The notes under the pieces were generated by a model. The model was not told where the DNA came from. It did not search any database and saw nothing but the letters and a program-made list of their open reading frames with translations. A stretch of DNA of 64,000 nucleotides from Eledone cirrhosa (taxonomy: Eukaryota): the NCBI GenBank assembly GCA_964016885.1, contig OZ024740.1, forward strand, positions 55,986,001 to 56,050,000. The letters are read 5' to 3'. This document shows positions 1 to 13,000 of this stretch, in pieces (the stretch's first letter is position 1; the number at the start of each line of letters is the position of its first letter). Both the position numbers and the translations under genes were made by a program.

Positions 1-564
1 TCTCCAATGGGAGAAACATTTTAACTTCGTGAGCGAAGTTGTAAATAATAACGTTTAAAATATAATAAATCATAGAAAATATAAGGTGCACATATACATA
101 CAAGCACTCACCATACAAATATATAATTAGGTGTGTGTATATGCGAGTGTATGTGTGTGTGTGTGTGCGCGCGAGCGTGTAAGTGTTTGTATGGGCCTAT
201 ATGCATTCATAAATAAAGCTGCGCTATCTGAATTTGATGATTGTGAAGATGCTGAAATCACGAGAAATTACTCTTTACAATAAATTTAGTTCCTTACGTG
301 CTACTCATATAATGAAATATGAGCAAGGAGACAACTCTTAGATCTACGTCCTTTGTAGCAATTCAAGATAATACTACTGAGCTGGTTTATAAGATAATTT
401 CGTGAAAACAACAGTCAGGTTTCGATCAAATTGGATCTCCTCGCCGAAACATACTCTCTCAATATATATTTTGTAATATTTGAGGATGGACATTTTGCCA
501 ATTTTGCAAATAGCAAACACAGTCATAATTTGCCTTTCACTTCAACTTTATTATTATTAGTTAT

Positions 565-1480
565 TGGAGTCCAAGACAGCTGATGAACAGTCTGGTTTTC
601 GCCAGGGATGCAGCACAGCAGACCAAATATTCACACTGCGGCAGGTTTTCGAAAAATCTTGAGAATATTGTCAAGAGGTACATTCGTGTTATGTCGAACT
701 TGAAAAAACATATGACTGCATTCCACGGGCACTGATATGGAAGTTTCTGCAGGAGTATGAGATTGATGGTCAGCTTCTTGCTGCCATGCTGTCTCTATAT
801 GAATGCCCAAGTATTTGTGTTATGATAAATGGTGCTAAATTGAAAGCCTATATGGCTGGAATAAAAATCAGTGCAGCGAAAACATTCATCCTCTCACAGA
901 AGCTGCGTATAGCACTCTACATGTGAATGGAGTTCCACTGAAACAGATAGAGATGTTCAAGTAGCTCGGGGCTGTGTTCACGAGTGATGGAGTGCAAAAA
1001 GCTGAATTAAATTGCAGAAGTGGGTACAATGATGCGTCAACTTCAGCATTCAGTAATCAGAAGAAGGGAGGTAGACGTAAAAGCCAAACTAGCTATCTTC
1101 AATTCGGTGTTCTTGCCAACCCTTAACCGTGTTTCATGAATCTGTTTTAACATCACTTGATAGAGTGCGTTGCTCGGAGATCAGAGCATCACTCCAAGAA
1201 GAGCTGCTCCTTCCCCAAATTGAGAGATCACAGATCCGATACTATGGGTATGTGGTTAGAATGTCTCAGGAAAGAATCGCTGGGCAGATTTTACGGGCAA
1301 AACCAAGCGGCACGATACCCAGGGATAAACCCCGAGCAAGAAGGTTGGATAACATACATGAGCTTGGCTGGTCTCGCTTTGGGATCCAGCAGGATCAGTT
1401 GGAGACGGTTGGTTGCTTCTGTTGGAGAAGATGGAGACGGACCCACTGGAAGGAGAGTTTGAGGACTCTGCCTCTCTGGT
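565..1480 (+). mobile_element. Degenerate RTE-clade LINE fragment (RT N-part and C-terminal region, internal deletion)
   Basis: Manual translation from about 585 gives EQSGFRQGCSTADQIFTLRQVFEKS*EYCQEVHSCYVELEKTYDCIPRALIWKFLQEY, matching the QxGFR..DQIFTLRQ..FVDLEKAYD motifs. Later come FK*LGAVFTSDG and IERSQIRYYGYVVRM..G..PRDKPR, the RTE C-terminal pattern. Contains stops and frameshifts. Confidence 0.85.
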
Positions 1481-1974
1481 TATCAGTTTTATTCGTATTT
1501 TCTAATGTATGTCGTGTTTGTAAATGTGTGAATATGTATATGATTTAGTTCTTGTTAGTAAATGATGGTGCAATAAGTAAAACATTTGACGTTATGCAAA
1601 GCATGTGACGTTATGGAAAAGTGATATCCTGTGGCTAGCGCAGGAACGGAGTGAAGTATTCATTAGAATCAACAAAATACAGAATGAAGACCATCGTTAC
1701 AATAACACCGATTTGGCAAGCCATTCCCTAATCACATCGGTCCTCTATTTTCTATTTTCTATTTTTGTTGGTGTTCGCCGTAATCCTGTTATCTTATGGA
1801 AATAATTCTGCAATTAACAGTTGATGAAATCGCCTAGGTCTTGATCAGATGGTAAAATTGTGTCATCGAAATACGTACAGTGTTCAATTGTAAAGAATGT
1901 TTCCAGTCCGGCCTTCTACTACCCTAATTATCGAGTACTCTGGTGAGTAATGGTCTAACCACTTTCAAACTGAA

Positions 1975-1978
<4 letters not shown>

Positions 1979-2020
<42 letters not shown>
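1979..2020. repeat. (TA)n microsatellite flanking the HHR array
   Basis: Seen directly. Confidence 0.95.
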
Positions 2021-2025
<5 letters not shown>

Positions 2026-2243
2026 AATTAAGTTAAAGTGTACATCTACATATGTATACGGAAGTATTAGTATGCATATAAATACACACATGTATACATA
2101 TGTACATGTACTCAGCTTTTCACTAGACACTTTACAGTGAGTGTCAGCTAGTCTGTATGTAACCACACAGGCGGACCGGGTTTTAGAGTCATACGAGTTT
2201 TCAAGGAAACACATTTCCTCTATTCCCCAGAGGGCCAGACAGG

Positions 2244-2288
2244 AATATTGGACTAGTTTCGATGTTATTACATCTCATCAGCAATATT
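2244..2288 (-). ncRNA. Type I minimal hammerhead ribozyme
   Basis: Reverse complement reads aatattg CTGATGA gatg taataa catc GAAA cta GTC caatatt. Stem I is 7 bp, stem II is 4 bp, stem III is the palindrome ACTAGT, and the cleavage triplet is GUC. Confidence 0.85.
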
Positions 2289-2712
2289 TACCCATCTTCC
2301 GGCTTCTCTGGAGAATTGTAAAAGCATATATCGTTATATGCTTTTTCTATGAAAATTAGTAGTGGGTAGACTAATTTGCATAGAACGTGAGTCATTGTAC
2401 GCACCGGTTCAGCGGAAACGATAAAAACAAATAACGAAACGAAATTAAATTTTGTTTCGCTTCTAACTCACTTTTGTATGACTGACGCTTAAACAATTAA
2501 GTTAAAGTGTACATCTACATATGTATACGGAAGTATTAGTATGCATATAAATACACACATGTATACATATGTACATGTACTCAGCTTTTCACTAGACACT
2601 TTACAGTGAGTGTCAGCTAGTCTGTATGTAACCACACAGGCGGACCGGGTTTTAGAGTCATACGAGTTTTCAAGGAAACACATTTCCTCTATTCTCCAGA
2701 GGGCCAGACAGG

Positions 2713-2757
2713 AATATTGGACTAGTTTCGATGTTATTACATCTCATCAGCAATATT
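2713..2757 (-). ncRNA. Type I minimal hammerhead ribozyme (copy 2)
   Basis: Identical to 2244-2288, 469 bp away. Confidence 0.85.
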
Positions 2758-3226
2758 TACCCACCTTCCGGCTTCTCTGGAGAATTGTAAAAGCATATAT
2801 CGTTATATGCTTTTTCTATGAAAATTAGTAGTGGGTAGACTAATTTGCATAGAACGTGAGTCATTGTACGCACCGGTTCAGCGGAAACGATAAAAAAGCT
2901 GACACTCACTGTAAAGTGTCTAGTGAAAAGCTGAGTACATGTACATATGTATACATGTGTGTATTTATATGCATACTAATACTTCCGTATACATATGTAG
3001 ATGTACACTTTAACTTAATTGTTTAAGCGTCAGTCATACAAAAGTGAGTTAGAAGCGAAACGAAATTTAATTTCGTTTCGTTATTTGTTTTTATCGTTTC
3101 CGCTGAACCGGTGCGTACAATGACTCACGTTCTATGCAAATTAGTCTACCCACTACTAATTTTCATAGAAAAAGCATATAACGATATATGCTTTTACAAT
3201 TCTCCAGAGAAGCCGGAAGATGGGTA

Positions 3227-3271
3227 AATATTGCTGATGAGATGTAATAACATCGAAACTAGTCCAATATT
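3227..3271 (+). ncRNA. Type I minimal hammerhead ribozyme (copy 3, inverted arm)
   Basis: aatattg CTGATGA gatg taataa catc GAAA cta GTC caatatt read directly on the + strand. Confidence 0.85.
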
Positions 3272-3556
3272 CCTGTCTGGCCCTCTGGAGAATAGAGGAA
3301 ATGTGTTTCCTTGAAAACTCATATGACTCTAAAACCCGGTCCGCCTGTGTGGTTACATACAGACTAGCTGACACTCACTGTAAAGTGTCTAGTGAAAAGC
3401 TGAGTACATGTACATATGTATACATGTGTGTATTTATATGCATACTAATACTTCCGTATACATATGTAGATGTACACTTTAACTTAATTGTTTAAGCGTC
3501 AGTCATACAAAAGTGAGTTAGAAGCGAAACGAAATTTAATTTCGTTTCGTTATTTG

Positions 3557-3664
<108 letters not shown>

Positions 3665-3744
3665 GGTCTATGGTTACAAGAAAAATTGCGTCCGTGGGCG
3701 GTATGCCGGGTGAACACTCGATGCTCGCGCAAAGCAGAGTATAA

Positions 3745-4803
3745 TACTGTAAGAATAAAGGAAAAAAGTTTCAGTGTTGCATCATAACATATTTAATAAC
3801 ATATTACATATGTTTCACTATCGATCAGCTCGAAGAACGACCTAGTATTGATTGAACCTGACTCTGTAATCGAAAAATCATCAGATATGTTTCCTATGTG
3901 ATCTCTTCTCCGATTCTATGCGTGAAATCCTCCAGTGAGTAGATATATATACAGCGCATTCTAACAATATGGTATTTTGCGTCCGCTCATTGGTTCATTT
4001 TCTCATCATCATCATCACTCTATCCTCGAACTAACGTCTGTCTCTCATCCAGTCAAGCTAACGTGTGCGTTCATGCATGGAAGACCGGAGGCCTGTCTCC
4101 CACTGCTAGACCTGGTTGAAGCGTTCGCCAGGCTATAGGTCATACTTAGGGGCCGATGTCCTTGGCAAGCAGTGTGTGTATATACGTATGTGTGTATATA
4201 TGTGTATGTGTACGTATGTGTGTGTACGTATGTGTCCGTGTCTATTTACATATATGTGTGTGTAGCTATGTGTATGAACGTGTCTATGTATGTAGGTGTG
4301 TATGTGATATATGAGTATATGTAGGGATCTGTGTGTGAATACATGCGTACCAGAGATATATATATGTAAGTCGCTATCTGGTTTGTCTTTCATGTCCTAA
4401 CTTTAGCCGCCCTCCTCTAACTGCTTGCCAAGGACATCTGCCTCTAAGTATGACCTGAGTGAACGCTTCAACCAAGTCTAGCAGTGGGAGGCAGGCTTAC
4501 GGTCTTCCATGCATGAACGCACACGACAGCTTGACCGGATGAGTGACAGATGTTACTTCGGGTATAGACTGATGATGATGATGAGTGAATGAACCAATGA
4601 GCGGGTTGTTAGAATGCGGTGTATATATATCTACTAACTGGAGTATTTCACACAAAGAGATCACATAGGATCTCTTTAGATTACAGAGTTTGGTTCGGTC
4701 AATGATAGGTTGTTCATCGAGCTGATCGACAGTGAAACATATGTAATATATTATTAAATATGTTATGAAGCAACACTAAATCTTTGTTCCTTTATTCTTA
4801 TAG
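3745..4803. mobile_element. Diverged inverted pair of a PLE-terminus-like unit (about 3745-4170 versus 4420-4803) around a TG/TA-rich spacer
   Basis: aagaataaaggaa..gtttcactatcgatcagctcgaagaac..catgcatggaagaccg..gtccttggcaagcag is mirrored, with substitutions, at 4420-4803. The left arm carries an HHR. Confidence 0.7.
3798..3891 (-). ncRNA. Type I hammerhead with expanded stem II (partly degenerate)
   Basis: Reverse complement reads aacatat CTGATGA [about 60 nt with base ttttcgatt/gatcgatag] GAAAC atat GTA atatgtt. Stem I is 7 bp and stem III is the palindrome ACATATGT. Confidence 0.65.
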
Positions 4804-4864
4804 TATATATATATATATATATATAAGTTTATCCCGGGTTGAAACACTTCTATTCCTGTAGAAG

Positions 4865-4920
<56 letters not shown>

Positions 4921-7419
4921 GAGCTTCTTCTATATTAAAACTGTTATACTCTGCTATGTATTGAGTACCTTACTTACTGCGGTTACCTCCGATTCAACCC
5001 GGAATTACTTATATATATATATATAAGCAAAACGGTGCTCCGGTGTAATCTAAGTAAAAGTCTATTATACACTTTTATACATTAAAGATGTATGCTTAGG
5101 AGATTTAACGCAGGAGGCTGTGTGTGTAGTTATTGTAGTTTGATTTTGTTTTCAATTTTACTAGTCATATATTTACAACTGTATGCATTTCTCTTATAAT
5201 TCCTTTCTATAAATATGTCTGTGTAAGTATGTGTATATTTAACATAAATTGTTTTTAGCTATTGTGAGCTTCCAACTGATTCTCTAAAAGAGCCTGCAAG
5301 CCTTGTATTGGAAAAAAATTAGAAAATAAAAGTATCGCTAACACGCTATTGTATGCAAGGGAGAGAACTGTGTTGACCTTTTGACGAAATGGTTAACTGA
5401 CGTCAGATTTCAATAGATCTCAAGACTGATCAACTATTCAGACTGTCATCGTTGTGACATTGTTCCATACAAATAGACATAAATTAATTCACAGAGTCTT
5501 CGATTGACATTTTGTCCAGTTTAGGCCATTTACCAGGTTGTAACATTGCAGTTATTTGAATGGATAAATAAATTTAAAAGAACAATCTAAAATATTCGAT
5601 AGACAAATATCAAAAGTATTCTTTTTCAATTGTAATATGATCGATTTATTTTGACATGGAAAAAGAGGTCAAAATTTAAATAAAATGGAAGTAACGTTGT
5701 CGATTATATCTCAGTATCATCGTCTCGAAAGATGAAAAGCCACTCAATGTTTATTAAAGGTAACGATAATCTATTTTACTGAAGTAAGATATGATTTGTT
5801 CTGTTAATTGAGTAACTGATGTTAAAAAATTAATGCATGCTTTAAAAGAATACAAATACATTATATAAAGTCAAGAATAGCAACAGTTGACAAAGATTAA
5901 AACATGTTGGGGTTTTTTTCAGAAGAAATTTAATAAATTGAAATTAGTTCCAAAATTAATACCACTTACTTAATCTCAACAATAAATTTGTATGAAACTC
6001 GGGTGGGATTTAACACCTGTTGGACACCTAATGATTTTAAATGAATTGATTAAGACAGCTTGTGAATAATTTGCACACACATATGCATGCTTCTATGTAG
6101 GCCACAGTTTTATATAAATGGTTATGTGCTAGGATCTAAAGCAGCAAAGGTACCAATGAAAGCCATAATTACTTTGTAAATGATATAAAGATCTATACTA
6201 GAAATGCATACAATGCTGAGAAATAGCTATAGTTAATAACATTATCACCTAGTATATGGATGGAATTTGGTAAGAAAAAAATGTTCATTTTTTTTTAGCT
6301 AAACGCAGAAATTGTTTTTTCTCAAACAAAACCTTTGCTTAATTAATCGTTCAACACAAGGAATTCTGCAAATACCTAGACATTGACAAATGAGTATCAT
6401 ATATATTTATTAGGAACAAATAACGTAATTAAAGAATATACTTGTCTTAACAAAATATGGCAATATCGCACTCTGTTTTTTCAGTAACAGTACTGATACT
6501 AACATTTGAAATACATGACTGGTCAATAGAGGAAATCGGCTCCGCAGATATTAAACACTACAAGATGCTAACAGGTACGGGGAGATTAGTCCTGCAGAAA
6601 TAGTGATATCGAGAGGCTCAGATTCAGAAGAAAAGAAATGTCATGAAGCTTACGATCAGTGCAGATGTCACGTGGTGTCTCTTTGTCTGTGTCTGCGAAG
6701 CAACGACAGCAAAAGTAAATACATCAAGTGTTGAAATGTGAAAAGAACAACATTCTAAGGGTCGGTAATGGCTGCTTCAGAATATTCCTACTTTCTCCTT
6801 GCATTTAATGCAATGCCTGAACTGCTAATCTAGCATCACTCAAGAAAAACATAATAAACAATATGCCTAATAAAATATGTTATGATGGGTATATTTTCTG
6901 TTAACCTGTGGATGACACTTACATTGTCATAAAATGTAGCCTCTCTTGGGCTCGTTAACATTATACAATATCACCTTTCGAAAGGGGACAACTTTGGAAA
7001 ACCTAATGAATGAAGAGCGAGTAAAGCTCTTAAAAAGCTAAGATTCAGTGGATGCTGGTTAAATTGAATTTATTTATTTTGACGATCTTATATGTAATCA
7101 GCAACTCCCCAAAGCAAGGTACTACCTCACAATACGACATAATGTTGCTAAAACAATATGTATGACATTCGAATAAAAGACTAGCCTGAGATAAATATGA
7201 AGAATATAAATATTATTGAATATATTCGCACAGGTTTGACCATGCATTTTCACCACAGTGCAATGTTAAACACGTTTTGCAGAAGACCAATAATGTAGTG
7301 CAAGGTAAAGATAAAGGCAGATACATCTTGGCAACAGTGATGTTACAGGCGCCCTCAAAATGCAAAAGTAATACCACAAGATGATGCCCGACGTATAGTC
7401 CCGCTAATTCCCTGCACTT

Positions 7420-7560
7420 GACTGGTATTTTATATATCAACCCTGGAAGGAAGAAACGCAACGTTGACCTCAACTGGATTTGAATTCAGAACGACGAAGG
7501 CCAAAACAGATACTGTGAAACCTTTCAATCCAACACTCTAACAAATTTACTATTTCGCCC
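7420..7560 (-). mobile_element. Old diverged tRNA-derived SINE copy
   Basis: ctggtattttatatatcaaccctggaaggaagaaacgcaacgttgacctcaactggatttgaattcag resembles the SINE core at 8544-8612. Confidence 0.55.
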
Positions 7561-8499
7561 GTGTTATTAAATGTATATATAAATATCAATACAAGGAAGA
7601 TTAAGGATGGCAGGATTGGGGGTGTGCATTCCCATCAAATAGTTTTTTTTTAACCGAATGCATTCTTTTAACACTTAATATCTTACAAAACAAGCACGAA
7701 ATTGATAGCTCACCAATATAACATCTCACAGCAGTGTTGATACCGGCGGGTTTTTGAATGAGAAGATATAAGTTTAAAAGTTAAATATTTTAAGTCTCTC
7801 AGCTGTTTGTGTCACTCTGTCTTCGTCTGTCAATTAATGTCGTGGATTAAGTCTGTGTCAGAGTACAATGAAGCAGCGTTTTCCACAAGGAAACCCACTT
7901 CAAAAGGAATGCAAATTGCTATACTAAAATAGCCCATGGCACAGTCCTAATGGTGAAATATTTCCTAGATGTTTCAAACTTCGAGGTAAGGTAATTCTGT
8001 CACTTCAGCTTGAATTGAAAACCTAATTCTAAAAGGATTTATGTTACATGAAAATCAATGCGAATTAGATGCGTTTAGCAATATGGTCTCTAACTAGAAC
8101 ATTAAACCTGTATTGGGCCAACGCAACAAAGGACACATGACGCATTGCGTTAATGATAGAATATGTGTGGCATTATTCCATCACGATGACTTTCAAAGCT
8201 ACTTCCTACTCACAAGAATAATCACTGCTCTTCATAGGCATACTTTGGCTGTTAGATTTCACACTTTCATTTGCCTCTAAAGCAGAGTTAATGCGAACAA
8301 GATTCAGTTGGTTTGTGAGAAGCCTAGTATTTCACTCGTACTTCGTGTTAACGACTACGGAAGTTAGAAAGGCGATGTTAGCAGCAATGGGATGTGAACT
8401 TATAAACAATAAAGAGCAGAAATTTATTACTGCAAGGCATTTTGTCCAACACTTGCATCTCCCAACAAATATATATATAAACATATTACATTGAATAAT

Positions 8500-8684
8500 T
8501 GTTTTTACTTTTGGCACAAGGCCAGCAATTACTCAGTACATTACTGGTACTTTATTTTATCGATCCCGTAAGGATGAAAGGCAAAGTTAACCTCGGTGGG
8601 ATTTGAACTCAGACCGTAAAGGGACGTAACTACGCTGGAAAGCATGGCGTCCGACTCTCTATCGATACTGCCAATCCACCGCCC
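8500..8684 (-). mobile_element. tRNA-derived SINE (MetaSINE-like core), full length with 14-bp TSD
   Basis: The minus strand has an A-box-like tggcagtatcg, a B-box gagttcaaatccc, and the core tttcatccttacgggatcgataaaataaagtaccag. TSD ttacattgaataat lies at 8486-8499 and 8685-8698. Confidence 0.85.
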
Positions 8685-9056
8685 TTACATTGAATAATAA
8701 ATACCACGCAGCAAGTACTTAAAAAATAATACATCAACTAGCGAGTTACTAAAATACGTTTAATGTTGTGTTAGTCGAGTTGCTTATGTGTTCTATAAAA
8801 TATATCACTTGGAGGAATTAAATGTTAACAATCTTGAACACGTCTATACAGCTTTTTATGTTATATTGCTTTAAGCACAAATCTATCAATATACGAGTCG
8901 GCAACATATGGCCATGTGCAGGAGGGTGCACGTACATATACATAGACACAAACACGCATACATTCTGGCTTACTATATCTATGTATTTGTTCTGAGATTA
9001 CTATATTTGCCATTTATATAACGGTATACACTTGCTAAAATAATGTCATAACCTAT

Positions 9057-9060
<4 letters not shown>

Positions 9061-9123
<63 letters not shown>

Positions 9124-9333
9124 GTGTGTATGTGTGTGTGTGTGCGCGTGTGTGTGTGTGTGTGTGTTATGTGTATGTATATATAAAGTATAAATACATA
9201 GTGTGTAATCGACATTACACTAATGTGTATAAATATGCACATATCTTATATGTAGGCATGTAAACATTAAAAACAAGAAGAAGAAGAAGAAGAAGAAGAA
9301 GAAGAAGAAGAAGAAGAAGAAGAAGAAGAAGAA
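9061..9333. repeat. (TG)n and (GAA)n microsatellites
   Basis: Seen directly at 9061-9165 and 9276-9333. Confidence 0.95.
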
Positions 9334-9854
9334 AGGATGGACCCACACCTGACCTCTCTTCGCTATATGAGAAGGTTCCTGTATAGGGTAACTAAGATTA
9401 AGTTGTGGATGCGATTGTGAGCCTGTCTATGAATGTACAGTATTTGTGTTTGAAAGAAGTGGCGAGAGAGCATGGTACTTCTACTGATTTATTGTTGCTT
9501 TAGTTTCCTGTTGTTTTCTTTCTTGATGTTGATGTCGTTATTGCAGCTGCTGTTGTTCGTGTTTATAATGTTGTTGGTACTGTTTTTTTTTTTTTGGTAC
9601 TGCTGCAGCTACTATGAATAACGCTGTTACTGTTATCATTGATGATGCTGTTCCCTTTGTTGAACGTTGTTGTTCTTGTGAAGCACTACTATTGGCAGCA
9701 CATGGGGGAAGTTGATTATATACCTCACTTCTGAAAAAGCAATTCCACGCACCAAAACTGCCTTGCTCTTACTATGAATTCACTGTTGGGCTATATTTCA
9801 TCTGAGGATCTCTCAATGTGGTCCTGTGACACTGCCTCTCGCCCTCACATTTAT

Positions 9855-10022
9855 AATTGTTTCTATTTTAGGCACAAGGCCAGCAATTCACCAGTACATT
9901 ACTGGTACTTTATTTTATCGACCCCGTAAGGATGAAAGGCAAAGGTAACCTCGGCCGGATTTGAACTCAGATCGTAAAGGGACGTAACTATGCTGGAAAG
10001 CATGTCCGACCCTCTACCGATG
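9855..10022 (-). mobile_element. SINE copy (same family as 8500-8684), slightly 5'-truncated
   Basis: aattgtttctatttaggcacaaggccagcaatt..ggatttgaactcag..gtccgaccctctaccg. Confidence 0.85.
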
Positions 10023-10077
10023 ACAGAATAATATAGCAACGTTTTTTCTGTCAGTTGCTGACCCTTCTCACCTCAAC

Positions 10078-13000
10078 GTTTTGGTGGCGGTAGTGGTGGT
10101 GGTGGTAGTTTTGGTGGTGGTGGTAGTGGTGGGGTGGTAGTTTTGGTGGTGGTGGTAGTGGTGGTGGTGGTGGGGGTGTTGGTAGTGCTGGTGGTAGTGG
10201 TGGTGGTGGTGGTAGTGCTGGTGGTAGTGGTGGTGGTGGTGGTGGGAGTTTTGGTGGCGGTAGTGGTGGTAGTGGTAATGGTGGTGGTAATAAAGGTGGT
10301 GGTGGTGTTGATGGTGGTAGAGGTGGTGGTGGTAGTGGTAGTAGTGGTGGTAGTGGTGGTGGTAGTGGTGGTGGTGGTGTTGGTGGTGGTGGTAGTTTGG
10401 GTGGCGATAGTGATTGAGGTGGTGGTGGTGTTGGTAGTGGGGGTGGGGGTGGTAGTGGTGGTGGTGGTGGTAGTTTGGGTGGCGGTAGTGGTGGTAGTGG
10501 TGATGGTGGTGGTGGTAATGGCGGTGGTGGTGGTGTTGATGGTGGTAGAGGTGGTGGTGGTAGTTTGGGTGGCTGTCGTGGTGATGGTGGTGGTGGTAGT
10601 GGTGGTGGTGGTGGCGGTGGTAGTTTTGGTGGCGGTAGTGGTGGTGGTGGTGATGGTGGTGGTGGTAATGGCGGTGGTGGTGGTGTTGATGGTGGTAGTG
10701 GTGGTGGTGGTAGTTTTCGAGGTTGTGGTGGTGATGGTAGTGGTGGTAGTGGTGGTGGTTGTGATGGTGGTTGTGATGGTGGTTGTGGTGGTGGTGGTGG
10801 TAGTTTTGGTGGTGGTGGTAGTTTGGGTGGCGGTATTGGTGGTAGTGGAGATGGTGGTGGTAATGGCGGTGGTGGTGGTGTTGATAGTGGTAGAGGTGGT
10901 GGTGGAAGTGGTGGTGGTGGTGGTAGTGGTGGTGGTGGTGGTCGTCGTCGTAGTAGTGGTGGTGGTGGTGGTGGTGGTGGTGTGGTGGTGGTGGTGGTGT
11001 TGGTAGTGCTGGTGGTAGTGGTGTTGGTGGTGGTAGTTTTGGTGGTGTTGGTGGTAGTTTGGGTGGTGGTAGTGGTGGTACAGGTGATGGTGGTGGTAAT
11101 GGCGGTGGTAGTGGTGGTGTTGATGGTGTTAGAGGTGGTGGTGGTAGTGGTGGTGGTGGTGGTAGTGGTGGTAGTGGTGGTGTTGGTAGTAGTGGTGGTG
11201 GTGGTGGTGGTGGTGGTGGTGGTGTTGGTAGTGCTGGTGGTAGTGGTGTTGGTGGTGGTAGTTTTGGTGGTGGTGGTGGTGGTTGTGGTGATGGTGGTGG
11301 TAATGGCGGTGGTGGTGGTGTTGATGGTGGTAGAGCTGGTGGTGGTAGTTTTGGTGGCTGTCGTGGTGACCGTGGTGGTGGTAGTGGTGGTGGTGGTGGT
11401 GGTGGTAGTGGTGGTGGTGGTGGTAGTTTTGGTGGTGGTAGTTGTGGTAGTGGCGATGGTGGTGGTGGTAATGGCGGTGGTGGTGGTGTTGATGGTGGTA
11501 GTGGTGGTGGTGGTAGTTTTGGTGGCCGTGGTGGTGATGGTGTGGTGGTAGCGGTGGTGATGGTGGTTGTGGTGGTAGTGGTGGTAGTGGTGGTGGTGGT
11601 GGTTGTGGTTGTGGTGGTGGTGTTGTTAGTGCTGGTGGTAGTGGTGGTGGTGGTGGTGGTAGTGGTGGTGGTGGTGGTGGTGGTGGTGGTGGTGGTGGTG
11701 GTTGTGGTGGTGGTGTTGTTAGTGCTGGTGGTAGTGGTGGTGGTGGTGGTGGTAGTGGTGGTGGTGGTGGTGGTAGTGGTGGTGGTGGTAGTGGTGGTGG
11801 TGTTGTTGGTAGTGTTAGTGGTAGTGGTTGTGGTGGTAGTTTGGTGGTGGTGGTAGTGGTGGTAGTGGTGGTGGCGGTGGTACTGATGGTAGCGGTGGTG
11901 GTGGTGTTAGTTTTGGTGGTGGTGGTGGTGGCTGTGGTGGTGGTGGTGTTGGTAGTACTTGTGGTAGTGGTGGTGGTGGTGGTGGTTGTTTCGGTGGTGG
12001 TGGTAGTTTGGGTGGCGGTAGTGGTGGTAGTGGTGGTGGCGGTGGTACTGGTGGTGGTGGTGTTAGTATTGGTGGTAGTGGTGGTAGTGGTGGTGGTGGT
12101 GATGGTGGTGGTGATGGCGGTGGTGGTGGTGTTGTTGGTAGAGGTGATGGTGGTAGTGGTGGTGGTGGTGGTAGTGGTGCTGGTGGTGGTGGTGGTGGTA
12201 GTGGTGGTGGTGGTGTTCGTGGTGGTGGTAGTTTTGGTGGTGGTGGTAGTTTGGGTGGCGGTAGTGGTGGTAGTGGTGGTAGTGGTGGTGGTGGTGTTAG
12301 TGTTAGTGGTGGTGGTGGTAGTGGTGGTGGTAGTTTTGGTGGTGGTGGTAGTAGTGGTGGTGGTGTTGGTGGTAGTTTAGGTGGCGGTAGTGGTGGTAGT
12401 GGTGATGGTGGTGGTGGTAATGGCGGTGGTGGTGGTGGTGTTGATGGTGGAAGTGGTGGTGGTGGTAGTTTTCTTGGCTGTGGTGGTGATGGTAGTGGTG
12501 GTAGTGGTGGTGGTTGTGGTGGTGGTGTTGGTAGTGATGGTGGTTGTGGTAGTTTGGGTGGCGGTAGAGGTGGTAGTGGTGATGGTGGTGGTAATGGTCG
12601 TGGTGGTGGTGGTGTTGATGGTGTTAGAGGTGGTGGTGGTAGTGGTGGTGGTGGTAGTAGTGGTGGTGGTGGTGGTGTTGGTAGTAGTGGTGGTGGTGGT
12701 GGTGGTGGTGGTGGTGTTGGTACTGCTGCTGGTAGTGGTGTTGGTGGTGGTAGTTTTGGTGGTGGTGATGGTGGTAGTGGTGAAAGTGGTGGTAATGGCG
12801 GTGGTGGTGGTGTTGATGGTGGTAGAGCTGGTGGTGGTAGTTTTGGTGGCTGTCGTGGTGACGGTGGTGGTGATAGTGGTGGTGGTGGTAATGGCGGTGA
12901 TGGTGATGTTGATGGTGGAAGAGGTGGTGGTGGTAGTTTTGGTGGTTGTGGTGGTGATGGTGGTGGTGGTAGTGGTGGGGTGGTGGTGGTACTGGTAGTA

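Noticed and set aside
2141-3495. Repeated 72-aa and 64-aa ORFs in the 469-bp unit
   Set aside because: No recognisable domain, the 72-aa ORF has a GTG start, and the repetition simply follows the DNA duplication
7860-7991. Possible host exon ending at gag/gtaagg
   Set aside because: A splice-like motif alone, with no recognisable protein similarity
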